Assembly: GCF_963921235.1 (NCBI RefSeq)
Contig: NC_086108.1
Coordinates: forward strand, 22,258,001-22,322,000
Direction: 5' to 3'
Source: Mobula hypostoma
Taxonomy: Eukaryota
Length of the DNA stretch: 64,000 nucleotides
The position numbers and the translations under genes were made by a program. Below, piece by piece: positions 26,901 to 39,039 of this stretch (position 1 is its first letter; each line of letters starts with the position of its first letter). The notes under the pieces are model-generated. The model saw only the letters and a list, made by a program, of their open reading frames with translations, ran no database searches and was not told the DNA's origin.

Positions 26901-26954
26901 TTGTGAACTAACCTCCTCACGCCTAGCCTCTTTAATTTGATTCCCACCCCCCAA
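23922..26954 (-). CDS. CR1 ORF2: APE endonuclease plus reverse transcriptase, uninterrupted 1010 codons
   Basis: NARS, ETW, YRPP, GDFN, SDH; PQGSVLGP, FADD; annotated start is TTG, first AUG about codon 211. Confidence 0.93.
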   Translation of the reverse strand: MGGGNQIKEARREEVSSQQRDGNQCRETEGCKVSVEAKSTKEKSKSGRPTNPGQALKRATFQHNCIRAKRVVKERLKALCVNARSIHNKVDELKVQIVINDYDIVGITETWLQGDQGWELNVQGYSIFRRDRHEGRGGGVALLVKEEINAIERKDISREDVASIWVELRNTKGQKTLVGVVYRPPNSSSEVGDGIKQEIRNVCNKGTAVIMGDFNLHVDWVNQIGKGAEEEDFLECMRDGFLNQHVEEPTREQAILDWVLSNEEGLINDLVVRGPLGKSDHNMVEFFINMESDIVNSETKVLNLKRGNFEGMRRELAKIDWQITLKGLTVDMQWQAFKGCMDELQQLFIPVWQKNKSRKVVHPWLTREIRDSINSKEVAYKLARESGSPEDWEKFRVQQRRTKGLIRKGKKDYERKLAGNIKTDCKSFYRYVKRKRLVKTNVGPLQTETSELIMGSKDMADQLNNYFGSVFTKEDINNLPEIVRDRGSSEMEELSEIHVSREVVLGKLMGLKADKSPGPDGLHPRVLKEVAQEIVDAFVIIFQNSLDSGLVPEDWRVANVTPLFKKGGREKPGNYRPVSLTSVVGKLLESVIKDVITAHLESGEMIGQSQHGFVKGKSCLTNLIEFFEDVTSRVDRGEPVDVVYLDFQKAVDKVPHRRLVCKLKAHGIEGKVLVWVENWLADRKQRVGINGTFSEWQAVTSGVPQGSVLGPQLFTIYINDLDEGIKCSISKFADDTKLGGSVSSEEDAKRMQGDLDRMGEWANSWQMQFNVDKCEVIHFGGKNRKTDYYLNGGRLGKGEVQRDLGVIIHQSLKVGMQVQQAVKKANGMLAFIARGFKYRSREVLLQLYKALVRPHLEYCVQFWFPNLRKDIFAIEGVQRRFTRLIPGMAGLSYEERLDELGLYSLEFRRLRGDLIETYKILKGLDRLDAGRLFPMLGKSRTRGHSLRIEGKPFRTEIRKNFFTQRVVNLWNSLPQETVEASSLAMFKRELDMALVATGVRGYGGKAGAGF

Positions 26955-26959
26955 CCATT

Positions 26960-27957
26960 CTAGTTTAAAGTCACCTCAGTAGCCCCCGCTAATCTCCCTG
27001 CCAGGATATTGGTCCCCCTAGGATTCAAGTGTAACCCGTCCTTTTTTTACAGGTCACGCCTGCGCCAAAAGAGGTCCCAATGATCCAAAAACTTGAATCC
27101 CTGCCCCCTGCTCCAATCCCTCAGCCACGCATTTATCCTCCACCTCATCGCATTCCTACTCTCACTGTCGCGTGGCACAGGCAGTAATCCCGAGATTACT
27201 ACCTTTGCGGTCCTTTTTCTCAACTCCCTTCCTAGCTCCCTATATTCTCCTTTCAGGACCTCATCCCTTTTCCTACCTATGTCATTGGTACCTATATGTA
27301 CCACGACCTCTGGCTCCTCACCCTCCCACTTCAGGATATCTTGGACACGATCAGAAATATCCCGGACCCTGGCACCAGGGAGGCAAACTACCATCCGGGT
27401 CTCTGGACTGCGTCCACAGAATTGCCTATCTGACCCCCTTACTATCGAGTCCCCTATCACAACTGCCCTCCTCTTCCTTGCCCTACCCTTCTGAGCTACA
27501 GGGCCAGACTCTGTGCCGGAGGCACGGCCACTGTCGCTTCCCCCGGGTACTCAACAGTACTCCCAACAGTACTCCCAACAGTACTCCCAACAGTACCCCC
27601 AACAGTACTCAAACAGGAGTATCTATTGTTAAGGGGCACAGCCACCGGGGTACTCCCCATCACTTGACTTTTCCCCTTCCCCCTCCTAACCGTGACCCAC
27701 TTGTCTGCCTCCCGTGGCCCCGGCGTGACCACCTGCCTTCCACTCCTCTCTATCACCTCCTCGCTCTCCCTGACCAGACGAAGGTCATCGAGCTGCAGCT
27801 CCAGTTCCGTAACGCGGTCCCTTAGGAGCTGCATCTCGATGCACTTGGCGCAGATGTAGACGTCCGGGAGGCTTGGAGACTCCAGGGCCTCCCACATCCG
27901 ACACCGAGAACAGCAAACTGCCCTCACAGTCATAATGCCCCTCTCCTCAAATAGCAA
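26960..27957 (-). pseudogene. CR1 ORF1: zinc finger, leucine zipper and SGNH/GDSL esterase; disrupted
   Basis: CCSRC..CAKC, LRDRVTELELQLDDL, IGDSIVRG, HIGTND, DGLH; frameshift at the 12-mer repeat and TAA at 27047-27049. Confidence 0.88.
27547..27611. repeat. 12-bp tandem repeat (CCCAACAGTACT), about 5 copies
   Basis: Directly visible. Confidence 0.9.
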
Positions 27958-28559
27958 CAGAAAATGAATGTCAAACCTTCCTCGCCTCGCCCGCTTCCGC
28001 CTAAGCCCGGTGAGCCGAAGCCCTTAAGTCTTCACTCTGCTCCCGGCTCACTCCGCCGCCCGCAAACTACGCTGCCCGCTCTATGAGGCTTTGTTCCTTT
28101 TAAATCTGCCAAGCTGCACTGCCCGACGTCACACGCCTGCGCAGTCCCGCCTCTCAGAAAGCCGTTGGAGGAAAAAAAAAATAACGAAAATTTCAAAAAT
28201 GTCTTTCTCGGCACTCCCACTCAGACGCTCAGACTCCTTCTTCGAATCAAACCCGAAGCAGGATGTCTGCCCTTTGAAATCTGCCGCGCTGCACTGCCCG
28301 ACATCACACGCCTGCTCAGAAATATCTCCTCTTTGGTAGAGAGAGGAACCTACCACTCAAGCAGTGGGCATTGGCAGCTAGACCTTGCCCCAGAGACTAG
28401 ACAGGGTAGTATGTTAGTTCTCAAGAGCAGGTTGATACAGTATAACCTCTCTACAGTAAGGGTATCCATAGATACTGTCTGCATATTGGATAGGGCTTAA
28501 AGTCTTCGTTTAATTTTAGGGCTTTGTGGCAGGGAACCAATACCATCACAATGGGATAA

Positions 28560-29930
28560 AGGAAACAACTGGAGATATTCATATTACCAGGGAGGAGGGA
28601 GAAGCCTAACAGCATATTAAGGTGGACTAACCTCCAGGATCTGACAAAGTGCATACTCTGAATTTGTGGGAGGCCAGAAAGGAAATTGAGGAGGCCCTCA
28701 CAGGTATTTTCTTTATTGTTAGTCACTGGTACAGTTGTAGAACAGTGAAAGGTGGCCAAGTTGTTCTATTGTTTAAAATGTCTAGCAAGGACAAGCCAGG
28801 GAACGACAAGTAGGTCAACCTGACATGAACAATGGCGAAGTTAATGGAGGCTGATTCTGGGGGACAGGATCTACCAGCACTTGGATAGATAAACCATGCT
28901 GACAGCTCCTGGTCAGAGTCTATGTGTGGGAAGTCATACCAGATGAACCTTAGAGCTTCTGAAGAGGTAACCAAAAGGGTAGTTGAAGGTAGAATAATGA
29001 ATGTCATTTAGACTTGAGAAAGGCCTTCGACAAGATCCCGTCACGTTGGCTGGTCTGGAAGGTTACATCCCATGGAAATCCAGGAAGTGTTAGCTAGGTG
29101 GATTTAAAATTGGCTTAGAGGTGGAAGGCAGAGGGTGGTGGTTGGACATTGTTTCTCAAATTGGAGGCTAGTGGCGTGCCGCAGGGATCAGTGTATGGAA
29201 CCTTGTTATTCATTATTTATGTAATAATTTGGATGTGAATGCACAAGGCTTGATCAGTAAGTTTGTGGGTGACATGAATTTACAAGGCATTGTGAAGGAT
29301 GTTATTGTAGATTACAAGGGGATCCGGATCAGTTAGGGAAGTGGGCTGAGGAGCAGCAAATGGATTTCAACTCAGCTATGTGTGAGGGCTTCCATTCTGG
29401 AAGGTCATACCAGCATAAGTCATACCATATAATAAAAATTGCTGGTGAACGCAGCGGGCCAGACACTCTTATAGATGCTGCCTGGCCTGCTGTGTTCACC
29501 AGCAACTTTTATGTGTGTTGCTTGAAATTCCAGTATCTGTAGAATTCCTCGTGTTTAAGTCATACTATGAATGGTAGTAATCCAGGGAGTGCAATAGAAC
29601 AGAGGGGAATTAGGGATACAAGTGCACAGTTTATTCAAAGTGGCATCACAGGTAGACAATGTGGTGAAAAGGAATTTAGCAGTCTGTCAAGGCACTGAGT
29701 TTGGTGTTGCAGATGTATAAGTCGTTGGTGATGCTGCATTTGGAGTACCATGGTCACACTGTTAGTGGAAAGATGTGGTAAGCTGGAAAGAGTGCAGAAA
29801 AAAATTATCAGAATGTTGCCAGGATTAGAGGGCCTGAATCATAGGGTAAGACTGGCCAGGCTGTATTCCTGAGAACATAGGAGGATGAGGGGTGACCTTA
29901 TAAAAGTTAAAATTATGAGAGCAATTGAGG
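28560..29930 (+). mobile_element. Old CR1 LINE RT remnant; resumes 32116-32400; carries a small Penelope fragment near 29430-29555
   Basis: Degenerate KAFDK, GVPQGSV, QMDFN motifs. Confidence 0.7.
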
Positions 29931-32115
29931 TTCTAAACCGGAAAAAAGGCCAAATTTGAAGAAATGAGAAAGGATCTAAAAAACATGGATTGGAACAGGT
30001 TGTTCTCTGGTAAGGATGTGATTGGTAAGTGGGAGGCCTTCAAAGGAGAAATTTTGAGAGTGCAGAGTTTGTGTGTTCCTGTCAGGATTAAGGGCAAAGT
30101 GAATAAGAATAAGGAACCTTGGTTCTCAAGGGATATTGGAACTCTGATAAAGAAGAAGAGAGAGATGTATGACATGTATAGGAAACAGGGAGCAAATAAG
30201 GTGCTTGAGGAGTATAAAAAGTGCAAAAAAACTTAAGAAAGAAATCAGGAGGGCTAAAAGAAGACATGAGGTTGCTTTGGCAGTCAAGGTGAAGGATAAT
30301 CCAAAGAGCTTCTACAGGTATATTAAGAGCAAAAGGATAGTAAGGGATAAAATTGGTCCTCTTGAATTTCAGAGTGGTTGGCTATGTATGGAACCAAAAG
30401 AAATGAGGGAGATCTTAAATGGGTTTTTTGCATCTGTATTTACTAAGGAAACTGGCATGGAGTTTATGGAAATAAGGCAAACAAGTAGTGAGGTCATGGA
30501 ACCTATACAGATTGAGGAGGAGGAGGTGCTTGCTATCTTGAGGCAATCAGAGAAGATAAATCCCCAGGACCTGACAGGATATTCCCTCGGACCTTGAAGG
30601 AGATTAGTGTTGAAATTGCAGGGGCCCTGGCAGATATATTTAAAATGCCGATATCTATGGGTGAGGTGCCGGAGGATTGGAGAGTGGCTCATGTTATTCC
30701 GTTATTTAAAAAAGGCTCTAGAAGTAATCCGGGAAATTATAGGCCGGTAAGTTTGACGTCGGTAGTAGGTCAATTATTGGAAGGAGTATGAAGAGATGGG
30801 ATCTACAAGCATTTGGATAGACAGGGACTTATTAGGGAGAGTCAACATGGCTTTGTGTGTGGTATGTCATGTTTAACCAATCTATTAGCGTTTTTCGAGG
30901 AGGTTACCAGGAAAGTGGATGAAGGGAAGGCAGTGGATATTGTCTACATGGACTTCAGTAAGGCTTTTGACAAGGTCCCGCTTGGGAGGTTAGTTAGGAA
31001 GATTCAGTCGCTAGGTATACGTGGAGAGGTAGTAAATTGGATTAGACATTGGCTCAATGGAAGAAGCCAGAGAGTGGTAATGGAGGATTGCTTCTCTGAG
31101 TGGAGACCTGTGACTAGTGGTGTGCCACAGGGATCAGTGCTGGGTCCATTGTTATTTGTCATCTATATTAATGATCTGGATGATAATGTGGTAAATTGGA
31201 TCAGAAAATTTGCTGATCATACAGAGATTGGAGGTGTAGTGGACAGTGAGGAAGGTTTTCAAAGCTTGCAGAGGGATTTGGACCATCTGGAAAAATGGGC
31301 TAAAAAATGGCAGATGGAGTTTAATACAGACAAGTGTGAGGTATTGCACTTTGGAAGGACAAACCAAGGTAGAACATACAAGGTAAATGGTAGGGCACTG
31401 AGGAGTGCAGTGGAACAGAGGGATCTGGGAATACAGATACAAAATTCCCTAAAAGTGGCGTCACAGGTAGATCGGGTCGTAAAGAGAGCTTTTGGTACAT
31501 TGGCCTTTATTAATCAAAGTATTGTGTATAAGAGCTGGAATGTTATGATGAGGTTTTATAAGGCATTGGTGAGGCCGAATCTGGAGTATTGTGTTCAGTT
31601 TTGGTCACCAAATTACAGGAAGGATATAAATAAGGTTGAAAGAGTGCAGAGAAGGTTTACAAGGATGTTGCTGGGACTTGAGAAACTGAGTTACAGAGAA
31701 AGGTTGAATAGGTTAGGACTTTATTCCCTGGAGCGTAGAAGAATGAGGGGACAGTTGAGAGAGGTATATTAAATTATGGTGGGTATAGATAGAGTGAATG
31801 CAAGCAGGCTTTTTCCACTGAGGCTAGGGAAAAAAAAACAGAGAATATGGGTTAAGGGTGCAGGGGGAAAAGTTTAAAGGGAACATTAGTGGGGGCTTCT
31901 TCACACAGAGAGTAGTGGGAGTGTGGAATGAGCTGCCAGACGAGGTGGTAAATGTGGGCTCACTTTTAACATTTAAGAAAAACTTGGACAGGTACATGGA
32001 TGAGAGGTGTATGGAGGGATATGGTCCAGGTGCAGGTCAGTGGAACTAGGCAGAAAAATGGTTCGGCACAGCCAAGAAGGGCCAAAAGGCCTGTTTCTGT
32101 GCTGTAATGTTCTAT
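29930..32115 (+). mobile_element. 5'-truncated CR1 LINE inserted in an older CR1
   Basis: ORFs 29964-31772 with RT motifs; 3' end ctgtgctgtaatgttctatg. Confidence 0.92.
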
Positions 32116-32402
32116 GAATGGATAAGGTGGATGGTAACAGTCTTTTCTCCAAGGCTGGGGAATCCAAAACTAGGGTCATTAACTTAGGGCGAGTGGGGAA
32201 AGATTTAAAAGGGACTTTAGGGGCTACTTTACATGCTGAGGGTGGTGATGATATGGAATGAACTGCCAGAGGAAGTGGGTGAGTCAGGTACAATAGAATC
32301 ATTCAAGAAGGAATTGGATAACTACATGGAGGGGTAGGGTAAACTGCAGGAGATTGGGATTAGCTGTGTCACATGGACTCACTGGCTAAAGTGCCTTTAT
32401 CC

Positions 32403-34170
32403 AGAATCAGAATCGGGTTTATTATCACTGGCATGTGACATGAAATTTATTAACTTAGCAGCAGCAGTTTAGCATCAATACATAATATAGAAGGAAAAAA
32501 AATAAATAAAATAAAAATAACAATAAATAAGTAAATCAATTACACTATATGTATATTGAATAGATTTAAAACATGCAAAAAACAGAAATAGTGTATATTA
32601 ATAAAAGTGAGGTAGTGTCCAAGGATTCAATGTCCATTTAGGATTCGGATGGTAGAAGGGAAGAAACTTCCTGAATCGCTGAGTGTGTGCCTTCAGGCTT
32701 CTGTACCTCCTACCTGTTGGTAACAGTGACAAAAGGGCATGGCCTGGGTGCTGGATGTCCTTAATAACAGATGCTGCCTTTCTGAGACACCACTCCCTGA
32801 AGATATCCTTGGTACTTTGTAGGCTAGTACCCAAGATGGAGCTGACTAAATTTACAACCCTCTGCAGTAGCACCCCCGCCCCCCCCCCCCCACCAACCAT
32901 ACCAGACAGTGATGCAGCCTGTCAGAATGCTCTCCACGGTACATCTATAGAAGTTTTTGAGTGTACTTGTTGACAGGCCAAATCTCTTCAAACTCTAAAT
33001 GAAGTATAGTGGCTGTCTTGCCTTCCTTATAACTGCATCGATATGTTGGGACCAGGTTAGATCCTCAGAGATTTTGACACCCAGGAACTTGAAACTGCTC
33101 ACTCTCTCCACTTCTGATCCCTCTATGAGGATTGGTATATGTTCCTGTGACTTGCCCTTCCTGAAGTCCACAATCAGCTCTTTCGTCTAACTGACGTTGA
33201 GTGCCAGGTTGTTGCTGTGGCACCACTCCACTGGTTGGCATATCTCACTCCTGTACATCCTCTTGTCACTACCTGAGATTCTACCAACAATGGTTGTATC
33301 GTCCACAGATTTATAGATGGTGTTTGAGCTATGCCTAGCCACACAGTCATGTGTATATAGAGAGTAGAGCAGTGGGCTAAGCACACAGCCCTGGGATGTG
33401 CCAGTGTTGATCGTCAGTGAGGAGGCTACGTTATCACCAATCCTCACAGATCGTGGTCTTCCGGTTAGGAAGTCGAAGATCCATTTGCTGAGGGAGGTAC
33501 AGAGGCCCAGGTTCTGCAACTTCTCAATCAGGATTGTGGGAATGATAATATTAAATGCTGAGCTATAGTTGATGAACAGCATCCTGATGTAGGTGTTTGT
33601 GTTGTCCAGGTGGTCTAAAACCATGTAGAGAGCCATTGAGGTTGCTTCTGCCGTTGACCTATTGTGGCGATAGGCAATTTGCAATGGGTCCAGGCCCTTG
33701 CTGAGGCAGGAATTCAGTCTACTCATAACCAACCTCTCAAAGCATTTCATTACTGTAGATGTGAATGCTACTGGGCGATAGTCATTAAAGCAGCTCTTAG
33801 GCACTGAAGAAGAATTATTCTTCTTAGGCCCTGGTATAATTGTTACCTTTTGAAGCAAGTGGGAACTTCTGCCCGTAGCAGTGAGAGGTTGAAAATGTTG
33901 TTGAATACTCCATCTAGTTGTCGCACAGGTTTTCAGAGCCTTACCAGGTACTCCATCTGGACCTTCTGCCTTGCGAGGGTTCACTCTCTTTAAATACAAC
34001 CGAACATTGACCTCTGAGACGGAGATCACAGGGTCATCAGGAGCAGCAGGGATCTTCACAGCTGTAGTTGTGTTCTCCCTTTCAAAGTGGGCATAGAAGG
34101 CATTGAGTTCATCTGGTTGTGAAGTATCGCTGCCATTCATACTATTGGGTTTTGCTTTGTAGGAAGTGCA
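32403..34170 (-). mobile_element. Rex1/Babar LINE 3' half
   Basis: ORF 33187-34140 (NDYRPVAF, SQGCVLSP, VDD); (AGAATC)n tail. Confidence 0.88.
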
Positions 34171-34329
34171 TTGCTCTATGACTCAAGAGGACTTGAGTTA
34201 TAAGGAGAAACTCAATAAAGTGGGAGTCTTTTCCTTACTGTGTAGGAGGTATAGATATTTAAAATTCTTATAAACTGTTATATTTTTCCAAAAAACCTTA
34301 TAGAGTTTTATAAAATTGTTAGGTATGTC

Positions 34330-35810
34330 CATGAAGGATTCCTGACACAATATGTAACAGCCCATTCTGGATCTGGTAATAGACAATGAGCCTAGTCAGG
34401 TGACGTATCTCTCTGTGATTGAGAATTTGAACCACAATTCCCTGATCTTTACCATAACCTTGGACAGGGATAGGAACAGATGGTATGGGAAAGTATATTT
34501 AATTGGGAGGAGGGCAAATTATGATGCTGTAACACAGGAACTTGGGTGTGTAAACTGGGAACAGATGTACTCCAGGATATGCACAATAGAATTAAGAAGA
34601 TTGTTTCGGCAGATTCAGGAAGTCAGGAGGTGTGTAATTCGGGAAAACCTGGCTGCGTGGATTCAGAATTGGCTTGCCCACAGAAGTCAGAGGCTGGTAT
34701 TAGATGGATGGAGTGTATTCTGCCTGGAGTTCGGTTACCAGTGATGTTCCACATGCATTCCTGCTCTTTGAAATTTTTATAAATGATTTGGAAGAGGAAG
34801 TAGAAGGGTGGATTAGTAAGTTTTTGGATGACACCAAGCTTGGTGGTGCTGTGGGTAGTGTAGGAAGTTGTCACAGGTTACAATGGGACATTGATAGGAT
34901 GCGGAGCTGGGCTGAGAGTTCAATCCAGGAAAGTGTCAAGTGATTCTCTTTGGAAGGTCGTACTTGGAGGCAGAATCCAGGGTTGATGGCTGGATTCTTA
35001 ATTGTGTGGGGGAACAGAAGGATCTTGGGGTCCATGTCCATAGATCCCTCAGATTTACAGTATGAGTTGATAGGGTGGTTAAGGAGGTTAATGGTGTGTA
35101 GGCCCTCAATAGTCAGGGGATTAAGTTCAAGAGCCGCAGGCTAATGTTACATCTCTAACTACTGCACCTGGGAGTATTGTATTCAGTTCTGATCAACTCA
35201 TTATAGGAAGGATTTGGAACCTCTAGAGTGAAGAGGAAATTTACCAGGATGCTGCCTGGTTTAGAGACAGTATTTTATGAGTACAGTTGAGTGTGCTAGA
35301 GCTTTTCTCTTTGGAGCAAAGGAGGATCAGAGGTGACTTGATAGAGATGTACAAGATCAGTGGAGGCATAGATTAAGTGGATAGTCAGAGATTTTCTCCC
35401 AGGGTGGAAATGGCTAATAGGAGGGGGCATAACTCTAAGGGATCAGGGGGTATGGAGGGAAGGCTGGTTCGGGGTTCTGAGTTGGATGATCAGCCATGAT
35501 CATAGTGAATGGCGGTGCAGGCTCGAAGGGCCGAATGGCCTACTCCTGTACCTATTTTCTATGTTTCTATGTTGGGAGGAAAACATAAGGGGGATGTCAG
35601 AAGTAGGTTTTTTACACAAAGCGCAATAGTTGCATGGAACATGCCGCAAGGGGCGGAGGTAGAGGCAGAAATATTGGGGGCATTTAAGAGTCTTATATAG
35701 CCACATAGATGAGTGAAAAATGGAGGGTTATGTGGGAGGGAAGGATTAAATTGATCTTACAGTAATTTAAAGAGAGGCATAATGTCCTGAGCCAAAGTAC
35801 CGTTCCATGA
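34330..35810 (+). mobile_element. Old, internally deleted CR1 LINE
   Basis: WIQNWL, IFINDL, KFLDDTKLGG remnants. Confidence 0.75.
35451..35571 (+). mobile_element. Short 3' stub of the same CR1 family as 23824-28325
   Basis: Near-identical to the reverse complement of 23830-23951, ending tttctatgtttctatgt. Confidence 0.85.
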
Positions 35811-36969
35811 TCTACTGTAAGTCTTGAGAGGTGTAGGAAATGTGGATGTTCATGGTCTTTTTTTTTCCATAGAGGATGATGAGTATTTGGAATAAGCTGC
35901 CAGGGAAAAGGTATAAGTGTGTATATGTACAATGCTTAAAAGACATTTGGACTGTTACTTGGGTAGAAAAGATATAGAGGATATAGGTCAAATGCAAAGT
36001 AATAGGATTAGCTCACTTAGGCATCTTGGTTGGCAAGGACAAGATGGACCAAACGGTCTGATCCAGTTCTCTAAACTCTAAGAGATCAAGGAAAACTAGT
36101 GGAAGTGTTGCAAGGATTACCCCTTAGTAATAATAATGGGTCAGGCATGGAGAGAATCTGCATTTACTGACCCTTTATTGGCTCAGTTGACAAGTGCGTG
36201 AATTTACACAACCTGTGTGCACACTACTAAGTTTCCCTGACCCTCGTGAACGGTAAAAGAATAGAATATGTAATGCCTGGGAAAGGAGTCTGCATGATCC
36301 TCATGGTTCCGATCTAATCTCCACATGTCCAACATGGGCTCCTCCATATCTGCGATGGTTGGTCTCCAGAAAGTTATTGCTGCTTGAGGCCCCAAAATAA
36401 TCTATTTTTATACTTTTCCTTATTAGGTAAATCTATGATAATAGATTTGACTGCCTGATTCCCGCCAGATCTAGCCCAGGGCTACAGGCAGTATTGTTCA
36501 ATGGCCTTCACCTTCAAATTTGTGTGTTAGGTGACTTCCTTTGTTCTATTCAACTCTAACTGGTTCAAACCAATCAAACCAGCTCACCCCGACAGTGGGC
36601 CCAGATGTCAAAGTTACTTTGAAAATCTGCCATTTTACTCAATAAACAGCTGCTGAATTAGAATAGTCTCAGGTTTACCAGATTATTAGCAGAAACTTTT
36701 GTGCCCACGTTCAATTGCTCTGATTAAGTTATCCCAGAGCCAGAATCAGTTAAATAGTTCACAAAATGGCAACTGCAAGGACAGTGTCATAAAATGGCTG
36801 CCTCCATTCCTGTTCACTGATTGCCATTGTTTCTGGCCAATGTCTCCCCCCTCCTTGATCCAAAGATATTTATATTAGGATCATTATCCTTCTCTTATTC
36901 TGTTGACTGCCCATAGGACTGTCATGGTCCCCAATAGGCCCCAATTATATAAAGATAATGGTAACATTT

Positions 36970-37833
36970 ACCAACAAGAGAAAATCAGCAGATGCTGGAA
37001 ATTCAAGCACACACACAAAATGCTGGAGGAACTCAGCAGGCCAGGCAGCATCTATGGAAAAGCTTCGGCTGAGACCCTTCAGCAGGACTGGAGGAAAAAA
37101 GATGAGGAGTAGAGTTAAAAGGTGGGGGGTGGGGAGAGAGAAACAAGGTGATGTGAAACCAGGAGAGGGGGAGGAGTGAAATAAAGAGCTGGGAAGTTGA
37201 TTGGTGAAAGAGATACAGGGCTGGAGAAGGGGGAGTCTGATAGCAGAGGACAGAAGGCCATGGGAGAAAGAAAAGGAGGGAGGCGCACTAGAGGGAGGTG
37301 ATGGCGGGCAAGTAGATAAAGTGAGAGAGGAAAAAAGAGGATAGGGAATTCTGAAGGGGGGGGGCATTACCAGGGGTTCGAGAAATCATTCATGCCATCA
37401 GGTTGGAGGTTACTCAGATGGTTATAAGGTGTCATTCCTCCAACCTGCGTGTGGCCTCATCATGACAGTGGGGCAGGCCATGGATAGACATATCAGAATG
37501 GGAATGGGAGGTGGAATTAAAATGGGTGGCCCCTGGGAGATCCTGCTTTTTCCAGCAGATGGAGCATTGGTGCTCGGCGAAGCAGTCTCCCAATCTACAT
37601 CGGGTCTCACCGATACACAGGAGGCTGCACTAGGCACAGTATATAACCCCAACAGACTCACAAGTGAAGTGTCACCTCATCTGGAAGGGCTGCTTGGGGC
37701 CTTGAATAGTAGTGAGGGAGAAGGTATAAGGGCAGGTGTAGCACTTGTCCCGTTTGCAAGGATAGGTGCCGGCAGGGAGATCAATGGGGAAGGACAAATG
37801 GAGAAGGGAGTTGTGTAGGGAGCGATCCCTGCA
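36970..37833 (-). mobile_element. Penelope-like element 3' fragment (GIY-YIG region plus terminal repeat)
   Basis: Reverse match to 46180-47030. Confidence 0.8.
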
Positions 37834-39039
37834 GAATTTACTTACAAGATATTTTTTTCCTTTATCGTGGGTTAAGCGAACTATTGTGTTTAAAGGTTTA
37901 CATTTTGTTTATCCTCTCCCAGAGCATTTTCAGCTACCTGGTAACTCCATAGGTCATGGAACTAGTGGGTCATTTGGTTTCATTCCCTCCTAGAACAGCA
38001 AATTTCACATAAGAATGCTCAGTCTTTAGTAAGCACTCCATTGTGCTCCTTGTACTGTTCTGAGCCTATTTCTTCTATCAGTCATTGTAATTTCACCTTT
38101 CTCCTCGTAAATCCATAACCTTAACCTGTAGCTCAATTCCACGTTATCACAGCTGAAACGCAGATTTGAGCACTGTACCGGGATGTTTGCCCCCAACAAC
38201 AGCTTCACTTGATTGGGTGAAGGTGCACTCCAGTGCTGTGTTACTTCTCTGCAATCTCTCTGCTGGCTTTGACCCTGGCCTGCATTTCTCCACACAATCC
38301 CCATGTAGTTACATGAGGGGAAATTACTTCAGCTGCCTCTGACGTATTTCTAAAGTTAAAATCTAGCTCCTGCACTTCCTCTCCCATGATTTAATCATCT
38401 TCCTAAGCACCCATGCCTCAGTATGTATAGGGTCACTGGGATCAAACAGTTTTAACATCTTTCTAGATTTCTTGGTGCTACAAGATACTAATCATCTCCA
38501 TGCAGGTTCTGGTTCTAAATGATCTTGATCTAATGTTAATCCATATACCCCTTGAAACACCATCCATAGACGGGATACAAATGTAGGAAGATGTTCTCCT
38601 TTCCTCTGGTGACATCTACTTAACTCATTTATTGGATCACTGCTGTTACAGTATTACATGTAACAGTATCACATTCCTTAACTCCTCATTTGTGCCCCAG
38701 CACATCTCTGTGCTTCTGTCAAAGTGGAGTGCATGTTCAGATGCAAGCACTTTATAATCAGTCTCCTTTCCTCGGCATCATCCAGATCGCGTATTGCTCT
38801 CTGGTAATTAATTGCCTGGTACAGCTCCCTATGATTAATTTCAGGCAGATGTACTGTATCCCAATATCTTTAGCAATATCCCTCAGCTACTGTACCCTGA
38901 ACAGGATAGTGGATGTTATATTTTGGTTTTGATTACCTGCCCTGGCTCCTCCCTCTCTGATAATTGTGTGTGTGGGTGGGGGGGGAGTGGTGAGATTGTG
39001 CAGCCATCGACACGGGCTCCTTTTGGTTTTGCATCAGTG

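Larger units (their letters stand above)
23824..28325 (-). mobile_element. Near full-length young CR1 LINE
   Basis: (CATAGAAA)n tail at 23824-23848, intact ORF2, esterase-type ORF1, CpG-rich 5' UTR. Confidence 0.95.

Noticed and set aside
27547..27611. CRISPR-like repeat
   Set aside because: 12-bp head-to-tail units without spacers, inside a vertebrate LINE ORF1
24310..27825. Plus-strand ORFs of 93-258 aa (for example 25813-26589, 27172-27825)
   Set aside because: Antisense shadows of CR1 ORF1/ORF2 with no independent motifs
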